Shown here piece by piece: positions 17,254 through 25,317 of a stretch of 39,216 nt of DNA. The stretch is from a virus. Taxonomy: Duplodnaviria > Caudoviricetes. The position numbers and the translations under genes were made by a program. Each line of letters starts with the position of its first letter. Within the stretch, counting starts at the first letter, position 1. The notes under the pieces are model-generated. The model had not been told where the DNA came from, did not search any database, and worked only from the letters and a program-made list of their open reading frames with translations. The DNA lies in IMG/VR virus record IMGVR_UViG_3300010376_000813, positions 1 to 39,216 of that record; one strand, given 5' to 3'.

Positions 17254-17454
17254 ATGCAGATTACCTACACCGAGAAAGGCGCTCACAACGTCACCCCGCT
17301 CGTCACTGATCGAATCTATGTCGGCTCGGGCCGGGGCGCGAATCCCATCCACAAGGTTGGATCGGCGAAGAACTACGCGACCAAATCAGTCGTCGGGAGA
17401 GTCTGTAGCCAATCGAAATTCCCCAAGCTCTCTGTAGCGAGGAAGAAGGACTGA
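17254..17454 (+). CDS. Small basic hypothetical protein
   Basis: GAGG SD; tightly packed in the operon. Confidence 0.7.
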   Translation: MQITYTEKGAHNVTPLVTDRIYVGSGRGANPIHKVGSAKNYATKSVVGRVCSQSKFPKLSVARKKD

Positions 17455-17456
17455 TT

Positions 17457-17711
17457 ATGGCTCAATACGAAGATGACGATGATGAGCCTTCCGGCCTTGT
17501 GAAAGGCGCGAAGAATCTTTATGACAAAGTGACTGGAACGCTCAACAAGATGCCTCCATACGAGCGCAAGACCGAGGCTGATCCCGACATGGTGCGCGAG
17601 GCAAATGAATCTTTCAAGCATCCTGTGCAGACTAAGGCTCAGCAGAAGAAAGCATCTCCAAAGGCTTCGACCAAGGTGAACGTGAAGGGTCCAGCGAGAA
17701 AGCGGGATTGA
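17457..17711 (+). CDS. Small protein with acidic N-terminus and Lys-rich C-terminus
   Basis: AAGGA SD; EDDDDE...QQKKASPKASTK. Confidence 0.7.
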   Translation: MAQYEDDDDEPSGLVKGAKNLYDKVTGTLNKMPPYERKTEADPDMVREANESFKHPVQTKAQQKKASPKASTKVNVKGPARKRD

Positions 17712-17712
17712 C

Positions 17713-17982
17713 ATGGGCGACATCTTCGGCGGCAATGATGATTCCTTCAAGGGCGGAGGGACGATTAGCGACTCGACAAAGGGAGTGTTCAAGAGTGGCA
17801 ACGATCTCTCTCACATCCCCTTCTCGGGCGGCTCCCCTTCCTCTGTTAGCAGCACCGAAGGCCATGCAGCCCAATACGTAACCCGCCACTCCACCAAGGG
17901 TCTCGGCTTCAAGCACACCGGACTGCTGAAGACCAAGACGAATACGAATATCGGAAAGGCGATCGGGAGGAAGAGGTTCTGA
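17713..17982 (+). CDS. Small Gly/Ser/Lys-rich protein
   Basis: Tightly packed ORF with a basic C-terminus. Confidence 0.7.
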   Translation: MGDIFGGNDDSFKGGGTISDSTKGVFKSGNDLSHIPFSGGSPSSVSSTEGHAAQYVTRHSTKGLGFKHTGLLKTKTNTNIGKAIGRKRF

Positions 17983-18011
17983 GATGCCGGAGCTTAATTC
18001 ATTTCGAAGGA

Positions 18012-18020
18012 TGTTAAAAT
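18012..18020 (+). promoter_or_regulatory. Extended -10 element (TGnTAAAAT) for the HNH gene
   Basis: TGTTAAAAT about 20 nt upstream of ATG 18040, followed by a GGAGG SD. Confidence 0.5.
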
Positions 18021-18039
18021 CGCTGTTGGGAGGAAGTTT

Positions 18040-18513
18040 ATGCCTACAGGGATTTATGTTCGAACTGAAGAAGCAAGAACTAATATCGGAAAAGCCAATC
18101 TCAGGCATGGGCATTCAGCGGGAGGAAAACTTAGTCGAGAATACATCTCTTGGAGGGCTGCATGGCAACGTTGCTTTGATCCTAAAGCGAAATCCTATGC
18201 GCGCTACGGGGGTCGTGGGATCACTATGTGTGGGCACTGGAAGTCAGACTTCTCAAGGTTTTTGTCCGACCTTGGTCCACGTCCCACAGGAATGTCAATC
18301 GAACGTATCGACAATGGGTTGGGCTACCTTTGCCCCCTTTGTATTCCTCCCATTGGAAATTGTAAGTGGGCTACAGCTTCAGAGCAGCAGCGAAACAAAG
18401 AACCATACTCAGAAGAAGCGCGAAAGAAGAAGTCGGATTGGTGGATGTCCCAAAGTTCAGAGTATCGGCATCAACGTGCAGTAGAAGCTGCACGTAAGCG
18501 ATGGGGAGGGTAG
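18040..18513 (+). CDS. Free-standing HNH-type endonuclease (YGGRGI family) with NUMOD3-like motifs
   Basis: EYISW..QRC..YGGRGITMC..W..F..DLGPRP..SIERIDN..GNCKWAT..EQQRN; RTEEARTNIG and YSEEARKKKS motifs. Confidence 0.88.
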   Translation: MPTGIYVRTEEARTNIGKANLRHGHSAGGKLSREYISWRAAWQRCFDPKAKSYARYGGRGITMCGHWKSDFSRFLSDLGPRPTGMSIERIDNGLGYLCPLCIPPIGNCKWATASEQQRNKEPYSEEARKKKSDWWMSQSSEYRHQRAVEAARKRWGG

Positions 18514-18516
18514 ACT

Positions 18517-18705
18517 ACGCCAGAATTGCATTTTAAGTCCGCTGAGGGGTATCGGAAGAACATGGCATATCGCCACATCCACGGTATCCCCGACACTGCC
18601 TCGAAAGTAGTCGTCGCGGGCAGGGAGCACACGGTCAAACATTCCACTGATCCTGAGCGTAAGAAAATCGATGCGGCTCAACGAAAGAAAGAGAGGAAAC
18701 GCTAA
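18517..18705 (+). CDS. Small basic protein (62 codons) with apparent ACG start
   Basis: GGAGG 18505-18509, then ACG-CCA-GAA-TTG-CAT-TTT (xPELHFKSAEGYRKNMAYRHIHGIP...RKKERKR*). TAA overlaps the next ATG. Confidence 0.6.
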   Translation, partial: TPELHFKSAEGYRKNMAYRHIHGIPDTASKVVVAGREHTVKHSTDPERKKIDAAQRKKERKR

Positions 18706-18887
18706 TGGCCAAGCACTCAGTAGGTGTCACTGGTGGCAACGCCAAACACCTCGTCAATCACACCCCAATCAGCGGGATCAAGCTCGCGGGCGAGACTCCC
18801 ACCAAGCCTGTTGTGGGGAAGATATTCAAGCTCGCGGGAGCGCCGAAGGCTCAGGGCGACCAGAAGAAATCGCGTAAGAGAGGATAA
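18705..18887 (+). CDS. Small basic protein
   Basis: GAGG SD, TAATG coupling; ends in KKSRKRG. Confidence 0.7.
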   Translation: MAKHSVGVTGGNAKHLVNHTPISGIKLAGETPTKPVVGKIFKLAGAPKAQGDQKKSRKRG

Positions 18888-18890
18888 TGA

Positions 18891-20279
18891 TTGCCCCCAG
18901 CATTCCAGTATTCGACATGGTTGCAGATGCAGCAGCAACTTGCTCTTCGCTTGAATGATGTGAACATGGTCCGTTGGACCAAAGCGGAGATTCAACTTTA
19001 TCTAGCAGAAGCATTACGCCTATGGCAATGTTTAACGCAACAGTTTGAGGTCGATTGGACAACCACCTACGCGCAACCCGCTTCTCCTAATCTCCCCGTC
19101 TGGAACTCTCTCGCGAATTCCGTCAATACTCTGGTCGGCTCTAACCCAACCTCTCCGCGCTTTCAAACTCTCAATGACTCCTACGTCTACACCATCGCAC
19201 AATATCACCTGCTCGAACCTCCAACCGGCAATGCGACATGGGCAGGCACGACCCAATTCGCTCTCGCTGACTTCACTAACGCCCTCCAAAATCGCCGCGA
19301 CCAGATCCTTCAGCTCACCGACTGCAACGTTGGCCCCTTCGCGCCGACCCTCGAAGTCCTTCCCGGCACCAACCGCACTCAACTCCCCGATTCCACCGCA
19401 CAATCCATCCTCGATCTGCGCCGAATCCGCTTCGTCCCCGACCCAACCGAAGGAAAGCCCTCAACCCTCTACCGCGACGACCTTCTCTCCTTCGAATACT
19501 TCACCAACGAATACGAACAAACTCGCGGCAATCCCCTCTGCTGGGATGTTCTTGGCTCGCCGCAGCAATTCGTCACCTTCGACGCGCGGCCTAATCTCGC
19601 CGCAACTCTCGATTGTCTTGGCGTGCTGAGTGGAGGAGTGATCACGCCTCCAGTCGCTTCCCCACTCCTGATCCCCGATGACTTCTACTGGGTTTTGAAA
19701 TTCGGCATGATGGCCGATATGCTCTCGAAGGAAACCGAATCGAAAGACTTGCTTCGCGCTCAATATTGCCAGCAACGCTTCTCCGAAGGCATCATGCTCA
19801 TGCAGCAGATGCCGTGGCTCCTCCAAGCCTACATCGACGAAATCCCCGTTGACACTCCTTCCTTCTTCGAGGCCGATCAAAACGACTACGAATGGCAATC
19901 GAACCCTAATGCCATAAGTGAAATCATCCGTGGAGGAATCGATCTCTTTGCGATCTCGCCTCTCATCCCGGCCTCTACCTCCGTCTCTATCACTCTCAAA
20001 CTGGTGGGCAACGCGCCGATTCCAGCAACGGACGCAAGTTTTGTTCAAGTCTCTCGCGAAGTGTTCGATGCGATTCTCGATGAAGCTGAGCATCTCGCGC
20101 AATTCAAGGAAGGGGGAAGTGAGTTCATAGAATCCATAAAATTGCATGAGAGATTTGTGCAACTTGCGCTGCAAACAAATAATCGCCTGAAAATGAGCGG
20201 AATATTTGCAACTGATCTACGAAGGGCAATCAGCAAAGAAGACGCAGCTGAGCCGAGATTTGTTCTGGAGACAAAATAG
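18891..20279 (+). CDS. Virion structural protein, putative second (tandem-domain) adaptor
   Basis: N-terminal LALRLND..RWTKAEIQLYLAEA helix pattern typical of adaptors; lies upstream of the nozzle-like gene; TTG start. Confidence 0.6.
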   Translation: MPPAFQYSTWLQMQQQLALRLNDVNMVRWTKAEIQLYLAEALRLWQCLTQQFEVDWTTTYAQPASPNLPVWNSLANSVNTLVGSNPTSPRFQTLNDSYVYTIAQYHLLEPPTGNATWAGTTQFALADFTNALQNRRDQILQLTDCNVGPFAPTLEVLPGTNRTQLPDSTAQSILDLRRIRFVPDPTEGKPSTLYRDDLLSFEYFTNEYEQTRGNPLCWDVLGSPQQFVTFDARPNLAATLDCLGVLSGGVITPPVASPLLIPDDFYWVLKFGMMADMLSKETESKDLLRAQYCQQRFSEGIMLMQQMPWLLQAYIDEIPVDTPSFFEADQNDYEWQSNPNAISEIIRGGIDLFAISPLIPASTSVSITLKLVGNAPIPATDASFVQVSREVFDAILDEAEHLAQFKEGGSEFIESIKLHERFVQLALQTNNRLKMSGIFATDLRRAISKEDAAEPRFVLETK

Positions 20280-20766
20280 AGTGATGCCGATGAGAGCCAT
20301 GAAGAATCTTCGCAGCGACTGCATAGGCCAGTCGCGCTTCATGCTCTGTGTCTACTTCGCAGACATGATACTCAGTGCCCCTAACTTTAATGCGAACGCT
20401 GTAACGTCCATTGCGTCGTTTGCGAAGGCCTCGATTATTTCCTGCATATCGATTGATCATGTTCTGCGAAGCCGAAACAATGCGGAGATTTTCATCGCGA
20501 TTATCCAAGCCATCACCATTTACGTGATCGCATTGACGCTTGTCGGAATCATCAAGCCCGAGAATCAGGCGATGCATAAGCACGCAGGTATTTTTACTTG
20601 CGGTGCGCATTCTGCGGATCGCGTAGAGATTTCCATTTTTGCTACTCTTGGTACGCAGCAGACACCATTTCCATTGGTTGAGATATTCAAACACTCGTGG
20701 AGAAACGCGAGTAACCATTCCCTGCGACAACGGGATTTCACAGTACGATTGCTCAGAGGGTGTCAT
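20230..20766 (-). CDS. HNH endonuclease with AP2-like domain (inverted insertion)
   Basis: EIPLSQG..WKW..YAIR..LMHRLILG..CDHVNGDGLDNRDENLR..SQNMIN..EARLAYAVAAKILHG. Confidence 0.92.
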   Translation of the reverse strand: MTPSEQSYCEIPLSQGMVTRVSPRVFEYLNQWKWCLLRTKSSKNGNLYAIRRMRTASKNTCVLMHRLILGLDDSDKRQCDHVNGDGLDNRDENLRIVSASQNMINRYAGNNRGLRKRRNGRYSVRIKVRGTEYHVCEVDTEHEARLAYAVAAKILHGSHRHHSILSPEQISAQLRLLC

Positions 20767-20827
20767 ATTCGCTCCTTTATAGCGAGTAGGCTTCGGCGGG
20801 GCTGCAACCCCGACACCCTCAAGTATA
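20767..20827 (-). promoter_or_regulatory. Putative -10 box and two-hairpin leader of the second HNH-AP2 gene
   Basis: Minus strand: TATACT, 9 nt, CGGGG-TTGCAG-CCCCG, then TCGCT-ATAAAGG-AGCGA enclosing the SD. Confidence 0.55.
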
Positions 20828-20835
20828 TAACGGAA

Positions 20836-20874
20836 GCCGAGCCTCGCTTCGCGCTTCAGGAAGGGAAATCATGA
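20836..20874 (+). pseudogene. Orphaned duplicate 3' end of gene 18891-20279
   Basis: Encodes AEPRFALQEGKS*, versus AEPRFVLETK* at 20247-20279; keeps the ATGA overlap with the next gene. Confidence 0.75.
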
Positions 20875-21134
20875 GAACTCTTGCAGTAGTGTTGGCAGGA
20901 TCTGGCGCGCAGCAAATCACAACTCAAAACATCTACGCCTCGACAATCGTCGCCTCTGCATCTGGCACCGATTACATTGGCGACAACACCGTATCCGCGA
21001 ACAATGGCCAGAAGCTCAGCACAACTCCGATCGTAATCACAACCTCCAATCCTCGCGGGATTCTGCTCTCGACAATCTGGGCGATCGGTACTGGCAGCGA
21101 CAAGGTTAATTTTCTCTACGAGCCCTCAGCTTAG
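20871..21134 (+). CDS. Small beta-rich virion protein
   Basis: YIGDNTVSANNG..LSTIWAIG..DKVNFLY pattern seen in small phage structural proteins. Confidence 0.65.
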   Translation: MRTLAVVLAGSGAQQITTQNIYASTIVASASGTDYIGDNTVSANNGQKLSTTPIVITTSNPRGILLSTIWAIGTGSDKVNFLYEPSA

Positions 21135-21143
21135 GGAGCATAA

Positions 21144-24100
21144 ATGCGCAAAGGTTTCGGTGGCCACGATCTCTCGAACCCCATCAATCGCCTGCTGGGG
21201 AAGATCGCTCTTGCCGTCAACGTTCGCGCTTATGTCTCCGGCTCGATCACTCTCCGCACCGCCCTCACCAACGCAATTGTCACCGTCAGCGCGGGAATCC
21301 AAACCGTCGCGCGGCTGAACGACTCCACTCCAGCCGGACCCGCTCAAGGCTACTCCTACATCATCGCAGGCGGAACCATCCTCCACTGCGTCACTGTCCC
21401 CGCGCCTCCCGACCCGATCGCTACCGGCATGAGCGGCAATCCCGTCTCAACCGTCCCCTTCCGCCCCAATGCCTCGGTCCAACCGTGGCTATATATCGGC
21501 GACGGCGCGCCAACCCCTACCGGCCCCCTCAACTTTGTCACGATCGATACTGAATACGCGCATAATGGCACCCCAACAACTTTCGCCTGCAGCGGAATGG
21601 TCAAGGTCCGCTCAGACGGCCTGATCTACAAGATGGGCATCCGCGAGCCTCAATGGGCTCCAGTGGTCTCGACAATGGGCACGACCACAACCGGCACCGC
21701 GACACTCGCCGCAACCGCCGTCCCGTGGAACAATGTCGGAGGAGTCAATTCCTCCTACAACTACGGCCAGACCAATGCTGCTGATGGCACGCCTCCAGTC
21801 ATCATCCTCACGCCAACTGGCTCTCAAACTCTCCAACTCACCATTACCGGCAGCGCAACGGTCAATGGCTCAGTCCAAGCTCCCTCAGCCCCTGGCCCGC
21901 AAACCTCCGCCTATCCCGGCCACTTCGTCACCGGAGCCTGTGCGATCATCGTTGCTGCCTTCACCGACGGCTCAGGAAACGTCCTCACCGGCTCATCTCC
22001 TCCAATCCCCTTCGTCGCCTCCGTAGGCGCTCTCGTAACTCTCTCAATCCCAGTTGGCGCGGTTCAATGCCAAATCGGTATCGATTCCAGCGCGAACACA
22101 TTCAGCTCGAACAGCGGATCATTCTCTCTCGCGTGGATTCTTACACAATCCGCCATTGCCACTGCGCCCTCAACCATTGGCCTCGTAACCGCCTATAGCT
22201 GGGGCGACTCACCTCACTCCGGTCCTGTCGCAACCTATCTCTGGAAAGCCCCAAGCGATGTCGGCTCCGGCATCCCGCGCACCGCCTCGACCGCGCCCTC
22301 CATCACAACCAACAACAGTTGGCAAGTAGATACCACTCCAGCAGTTGTGAACTCCGGCGTCCTTCCGCAATGGGACACTCTTCTCCCCAACGGAACCGTC
22401 TCAGGCGATATTCCTCTCTTCCCCGCGCCCTTCCCGCAATCCGCGCCTCTTACTAACAACTTCAACACATGCATGACGGGATCTATCTTCTTTCCATCAG
22501 GAGGAGTTTATACTCTTACTCTTGTCTATAAAGATCAGATCATGCTTGGGATTGGAGGAGGAGTCACTGCGAGCTATGCCTCGGGGGTGATGCCAGCCTC
22601 TTATTCTCCTAGCGGATTCAACGGACAGACAATCTCAGTCGCATCCGGCCTTCCCCTTGTCTTTGTCAGTGCGATTAATGGTGGCGGTACTCAGCAAACC
22701 ACATCTCTAACGCTGAATGTCCCCGGTTCAGGCGGAATCATCCAGTTCGAGATCGACTGGGACTTCTGGTATCACTCTGGGCGCTCTCTCGTAATGACGA
22801 TCAACGGCGCGGTAATCAAGCCCGTCCCCTCCGGCGCGCGAGTCAACACCTCCTACATCTCTGTCTATCGCTCCTCCCTGACCGGCGCGCTCTCAAACCC
22901 CGGCCCAGCCTCAACCCCTCAAGTCACCCCCGTCCTCGACAACACAGTCACCTCTCCCTATTCGCTCGACCCACAAGTCGATAAGGTTGACTATTATCGT
23001 CAAGATTCAGGACTTCCCAACTACACTTATGCCGTCACCGGCCCCAATGACGGCCTCGGGCCAGTGATCAACGGAATCCAATACAACACACCCGTTACTG
23101 ACTCTCTCAGCGATCTCGCAATCAGCGCGAACCCAATCGCCCAGTTCGACAACTTCGAGCCCTTCCCCTCGATCGATCTCCCCGCGTCAGGCGTTCTCAA
23201 TATCTCAGGCGGAGTCGCAACATGGGTCAGCGGAACTCACTTCAACATCCGCTGGCTTCCCGGCACAGTGATTCTTGTTGGAACTCCAACCCAGCTTGCC
23301 TATACCTCGATCCGTCGTCCCACCTCTTCCACCTCATGGGATTTCACCGGCCTGACCAATCCCATTCCCGACGGCACCAACCTGACTTTCAACATCGCCG
23401 AGCCGATCCTCGCCGCTCAGCCCCTCGCCTACCTGGGCGGCCCGACCGACAACATCAACTTCATCTTCGCAGTCGGTGATCCTCTTCGCCCCGGAACGCT
23501 CTATTGGTGCAAGGGATCTAATCTCGATTCCGCTCCCGACACTAACCAAATGGATGTCACCGATCCCTCCGAGCCCTTAGTAAATGTCGTGATGAGCGGC
23601 GGACGCGGAGTGCTGTTCTCGATCAAACGCGCCTGGGTGATCATGCCGAATTTCTTCAACGCCGAGGCCACGGTCACCGGCACAGCAGGCTCAACATGGA
23701 CCCTCCAAGCCACCTCTATCACCCGAGGCCTGTTCATCCCGCGCTGCTTGGCCGTTAGCGGTGGCGGGACGATCTTCTTCCGCGTAGACGACGGCATCCA
23801 CGCCTCTCCAGGGGGACTGGGAAGCGAATCCATCACCGATGGCGACCTCTACCCCCTCTTCCCCCACGAAGGCTCTACGCCCTCCCCAATCGTGAGAGCA
23901 GGCATCACCATCTATCCCCCCAATGATGCCTTTCCTCAGCGTCAGCAATTCCACTACAACAACGGCTATCTCTACTGGGACCACTACGGCACCGACAACG
24001 CCTATCACACTCTGGTCTTCGACGAAGCAGCGGGAGGATGGATATTCGATCTCTACTCCGTCAGCGTGATCACTCACGCCTCGAACGAATCGGAGAGCAC

Positions 24101-24554
24101 TCAAGGCATCCTCACAGGCTCGACCGACGGCACTCTCCGCCAGATGTCCACAACCGGCCCTGAAGTTGTCACCGGCACCATTCTCTCCCCCGCTCTCGGC
24201 GGACAGGGATGGATGCAGTGTCAAGAGTTCACAGTTGAATATTCCTCAAACGCAAATGTCATCGTGACTCCGCTCGCCGCTGACGCTGGAAATGGATCAA
24301 TCAGCGCCAACCCAGTCACTCTCCCCTCAACCGGAGGAACGATCGCGAAAACAAAGGTGATCATCAGCGCGAATAAGTTCAAGCTGATGTGGTTTCAATT
24401 TCAATCGACCGACTCTACATTCCGCGTCTTTACCGAGGGATTCGTCTGTCGCGTGAAGTCGTGGGGCGTTAAGGAACCCTTCAGAAACTTGAATCCCTTT
24501 ATGATGTTGAATCCATATTTCCCATCAGTAGGCGGACAGGGAGGACAACAGTGA
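21144..24554 (+). CDS. Tail nozzle / DNA-stabilisation-like protein with inserted lectin-like domains
   Basis: 1136 aa, beta-rich. C-terminal half has propeller-type motifs (TLYWCK, LFSIKRAW, IFFRVDDGI, TLVFDEAAGGW); position matches P22 gp10/T7 gp12. Confidence 0.65.
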   Translation: MRKGFGGHDLSNPINRLLGKIALAVNVRAYVSGSITLRTALTNAIVTVSAGIQTVARLNDSTPAGPAQGYSYIIAGGTILHCVTVPAPPDPIATGMSGNPVSTVPFRPNASVQPWLYIGDGAPTPTGPLNFVTIDTEYAHNGTPTTFACSGMVKVRSDGLIYKMGIREPQWAPVVSTMGTTTTGTATLAATAVPWNNVGGVNSSYNYGQTNAADGTPPVIILTPTGSQTLQLTITGSATVNGSVQAPSAPGPQTSAYPGHFVTGACAIIVAAFTDGSGNVLTGSSPPIPFVASVGALVTLSIPVGAVQCQIGIDSSANTFSSNSGSFSLAWILTQSAIATAPSTIGLVTAYSWGDSPHSGPVATYLWKAPSDVGSGIPRTASTAPSITTNNSWQVDTTPAVVNSGVLPQWDTLLPNGTVSGDIPLFPAPFPQSAPLTNNFNTCMTGSIFFPSGGVYTLTLVYKDQIMLGIGGGVTASYASGVMPASYSPSGFNGQTISVASGLPLVFVSAINGGGTQQTTSLTLNVPGSGGIIQFEIDWDFWYHSGRSLVMTINGAVIKPVPSGARVNTSYISVYRSSLTGALSNPGPASTPQVTPVLDNTVTSPYSLDPQVDKVDYYRQDSGLPNYTYAVTGPNDGLGPVINGIQYNTPVTDSLSDLAISANPIAQFDNFEPFPSIDLPASGVLNISGGVATWVSGTHFNIRWLPGTVILVGTPTQLAYTSIRRPTSSTSWDFTGLTNPIPDGTNLTFNIAEPILAAQPLAYLGGPTDNINFIFAVGDPLRPGTLYWCKGSNLDSAPDTNQMDVTDPSEPLVNVVMSGGRGVLFSIKRAWVIMPNFFNAEATVTGTAGSTWTLQATSITRGLFIPRCLAVSGGGTIFFRVDDGIHASPGGLGSESITDGDLYPLFPHEGSTPSPIVRAGITIYPPNDAFPQRQQFHYNNGYLYWDHYGTDNAYHTLVFDEAAGGWIFDLYSVSVITHASNESESTQGILTGSTDGTLRQMSTTGPEVVTGTILSPALGGQGWMQCQEFTVEYSSNANVIVTPLAADAGNGSISANPVTLPSTGGTIAKTKVIISANKFKLMWFQFQSTDSTFRVFTEGFVCRVKSWGVKEPFRNLNPFMMLNPYFPSVGGQGGQQ

Positions 24555-24555
24555 G

Positions 24556-25317
24556 ATGAGCACCCCAACCCTCAACCCGCCCTCCCTGCGCTTCCCCTTC
24601 GAACTCGTCGGCCATCCGCGCGAGATCGTCGAAGCTCATCGTTTCGCCTTCAACGGCTTGCTCGATCTTAATCAGGCCGTCCGCGCGCTTAACACTAAGG
24701 TCAACACCAACACGACTTCAATCGCAGCCGCAGCGACGACGGTCAACACCGTTACGCAGATCATCTCGAACGCCCTTCCCGGCCTCGGGACGGTCAATGA
24801 CCAAACCGGCCAGACTTCTTACATCACCGTTCCTTCTGACAACGGCGCATTCCTAATCCTCTCTGACGCCTCTCCCGTCGCAGTCACCCTTACCATCCCT
24901 TCCTCCGGCCAGCCCTGGATGATGTTTACGATGAACTGGGGAGCGGGTCTGGTGACGTTCACCCCAGCTTCTCCTGCCTCGATCTCGTATATCGGGAACC
25001 TTCTCGCTTCCTCGATGACTCTGGCGCAGGGATACCAGACGCTCATCGTCTTCGACGGATTCAACTTCTACGCCGCAACCCTTCCCAGGGTTCCTGTTTT
25101 TGTTGACAGCGAGCATGTCACAATCACTGCTGGCTCGGGGACTCTGGCAAACACTCCGAATCCGGCCTCAAGTCTGCAATTTTATGCATGGAATACAGGC
25201 TTTGGAGCGACTTTACTCATTCAAGGCGTGGATTACAATCTGGCCGGAGCGGTCATCACGCTTACGGGAACCGCACCGCCTGCCGTGGGAGGGTACTATG
25301 CGTTTTACCGTATTTAG
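24556..25317 (+). CDS. Tail-associated protein (short coiled coil plus beta domains)
   Basis: LNQAVRALNTKVN coil; TSYITVPSDNG..VAVTLT and LIQGVDYNLAGAVITL motifs common in fibre proteins; no signal peptide, no Cys. Confidence 0.6.
   Translation: MSTPTLNPPSLRFPFELVGHPREIVEAHRFAFNGLLDLNQAVRALNTKVNTNTTSIAAAATTVNTVTQIISNALPGLGTVNDQTGQTSYITVPSDNGAFLILSDASPVAVTLTIPSSGQPWMMFTMNWGAGLVTFTPASPASISYIGNLLASSMTLAQGYQTLIVFDGFNFYAATLPRVPVFVDSEHVTITAGSGTLANTPNPASSLQFYAWNTGFGATLLIQGVDYNLAGAVITLTGTAPPAVGGYYAFYRI

Noticed and set aside
17984-18484. 166-aa + strand ORF overlapping the HNH as a real protein
   Set aside because: Best explained as run-on from the orphaned duplicate start; it stops before the next gene and has no motif.
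13888-20874. Group I introns or inteins housing the endonucleases
   Set aside because: Flanking genes are complete, spacers are too short for an intron core, and no intein motifs are seen.
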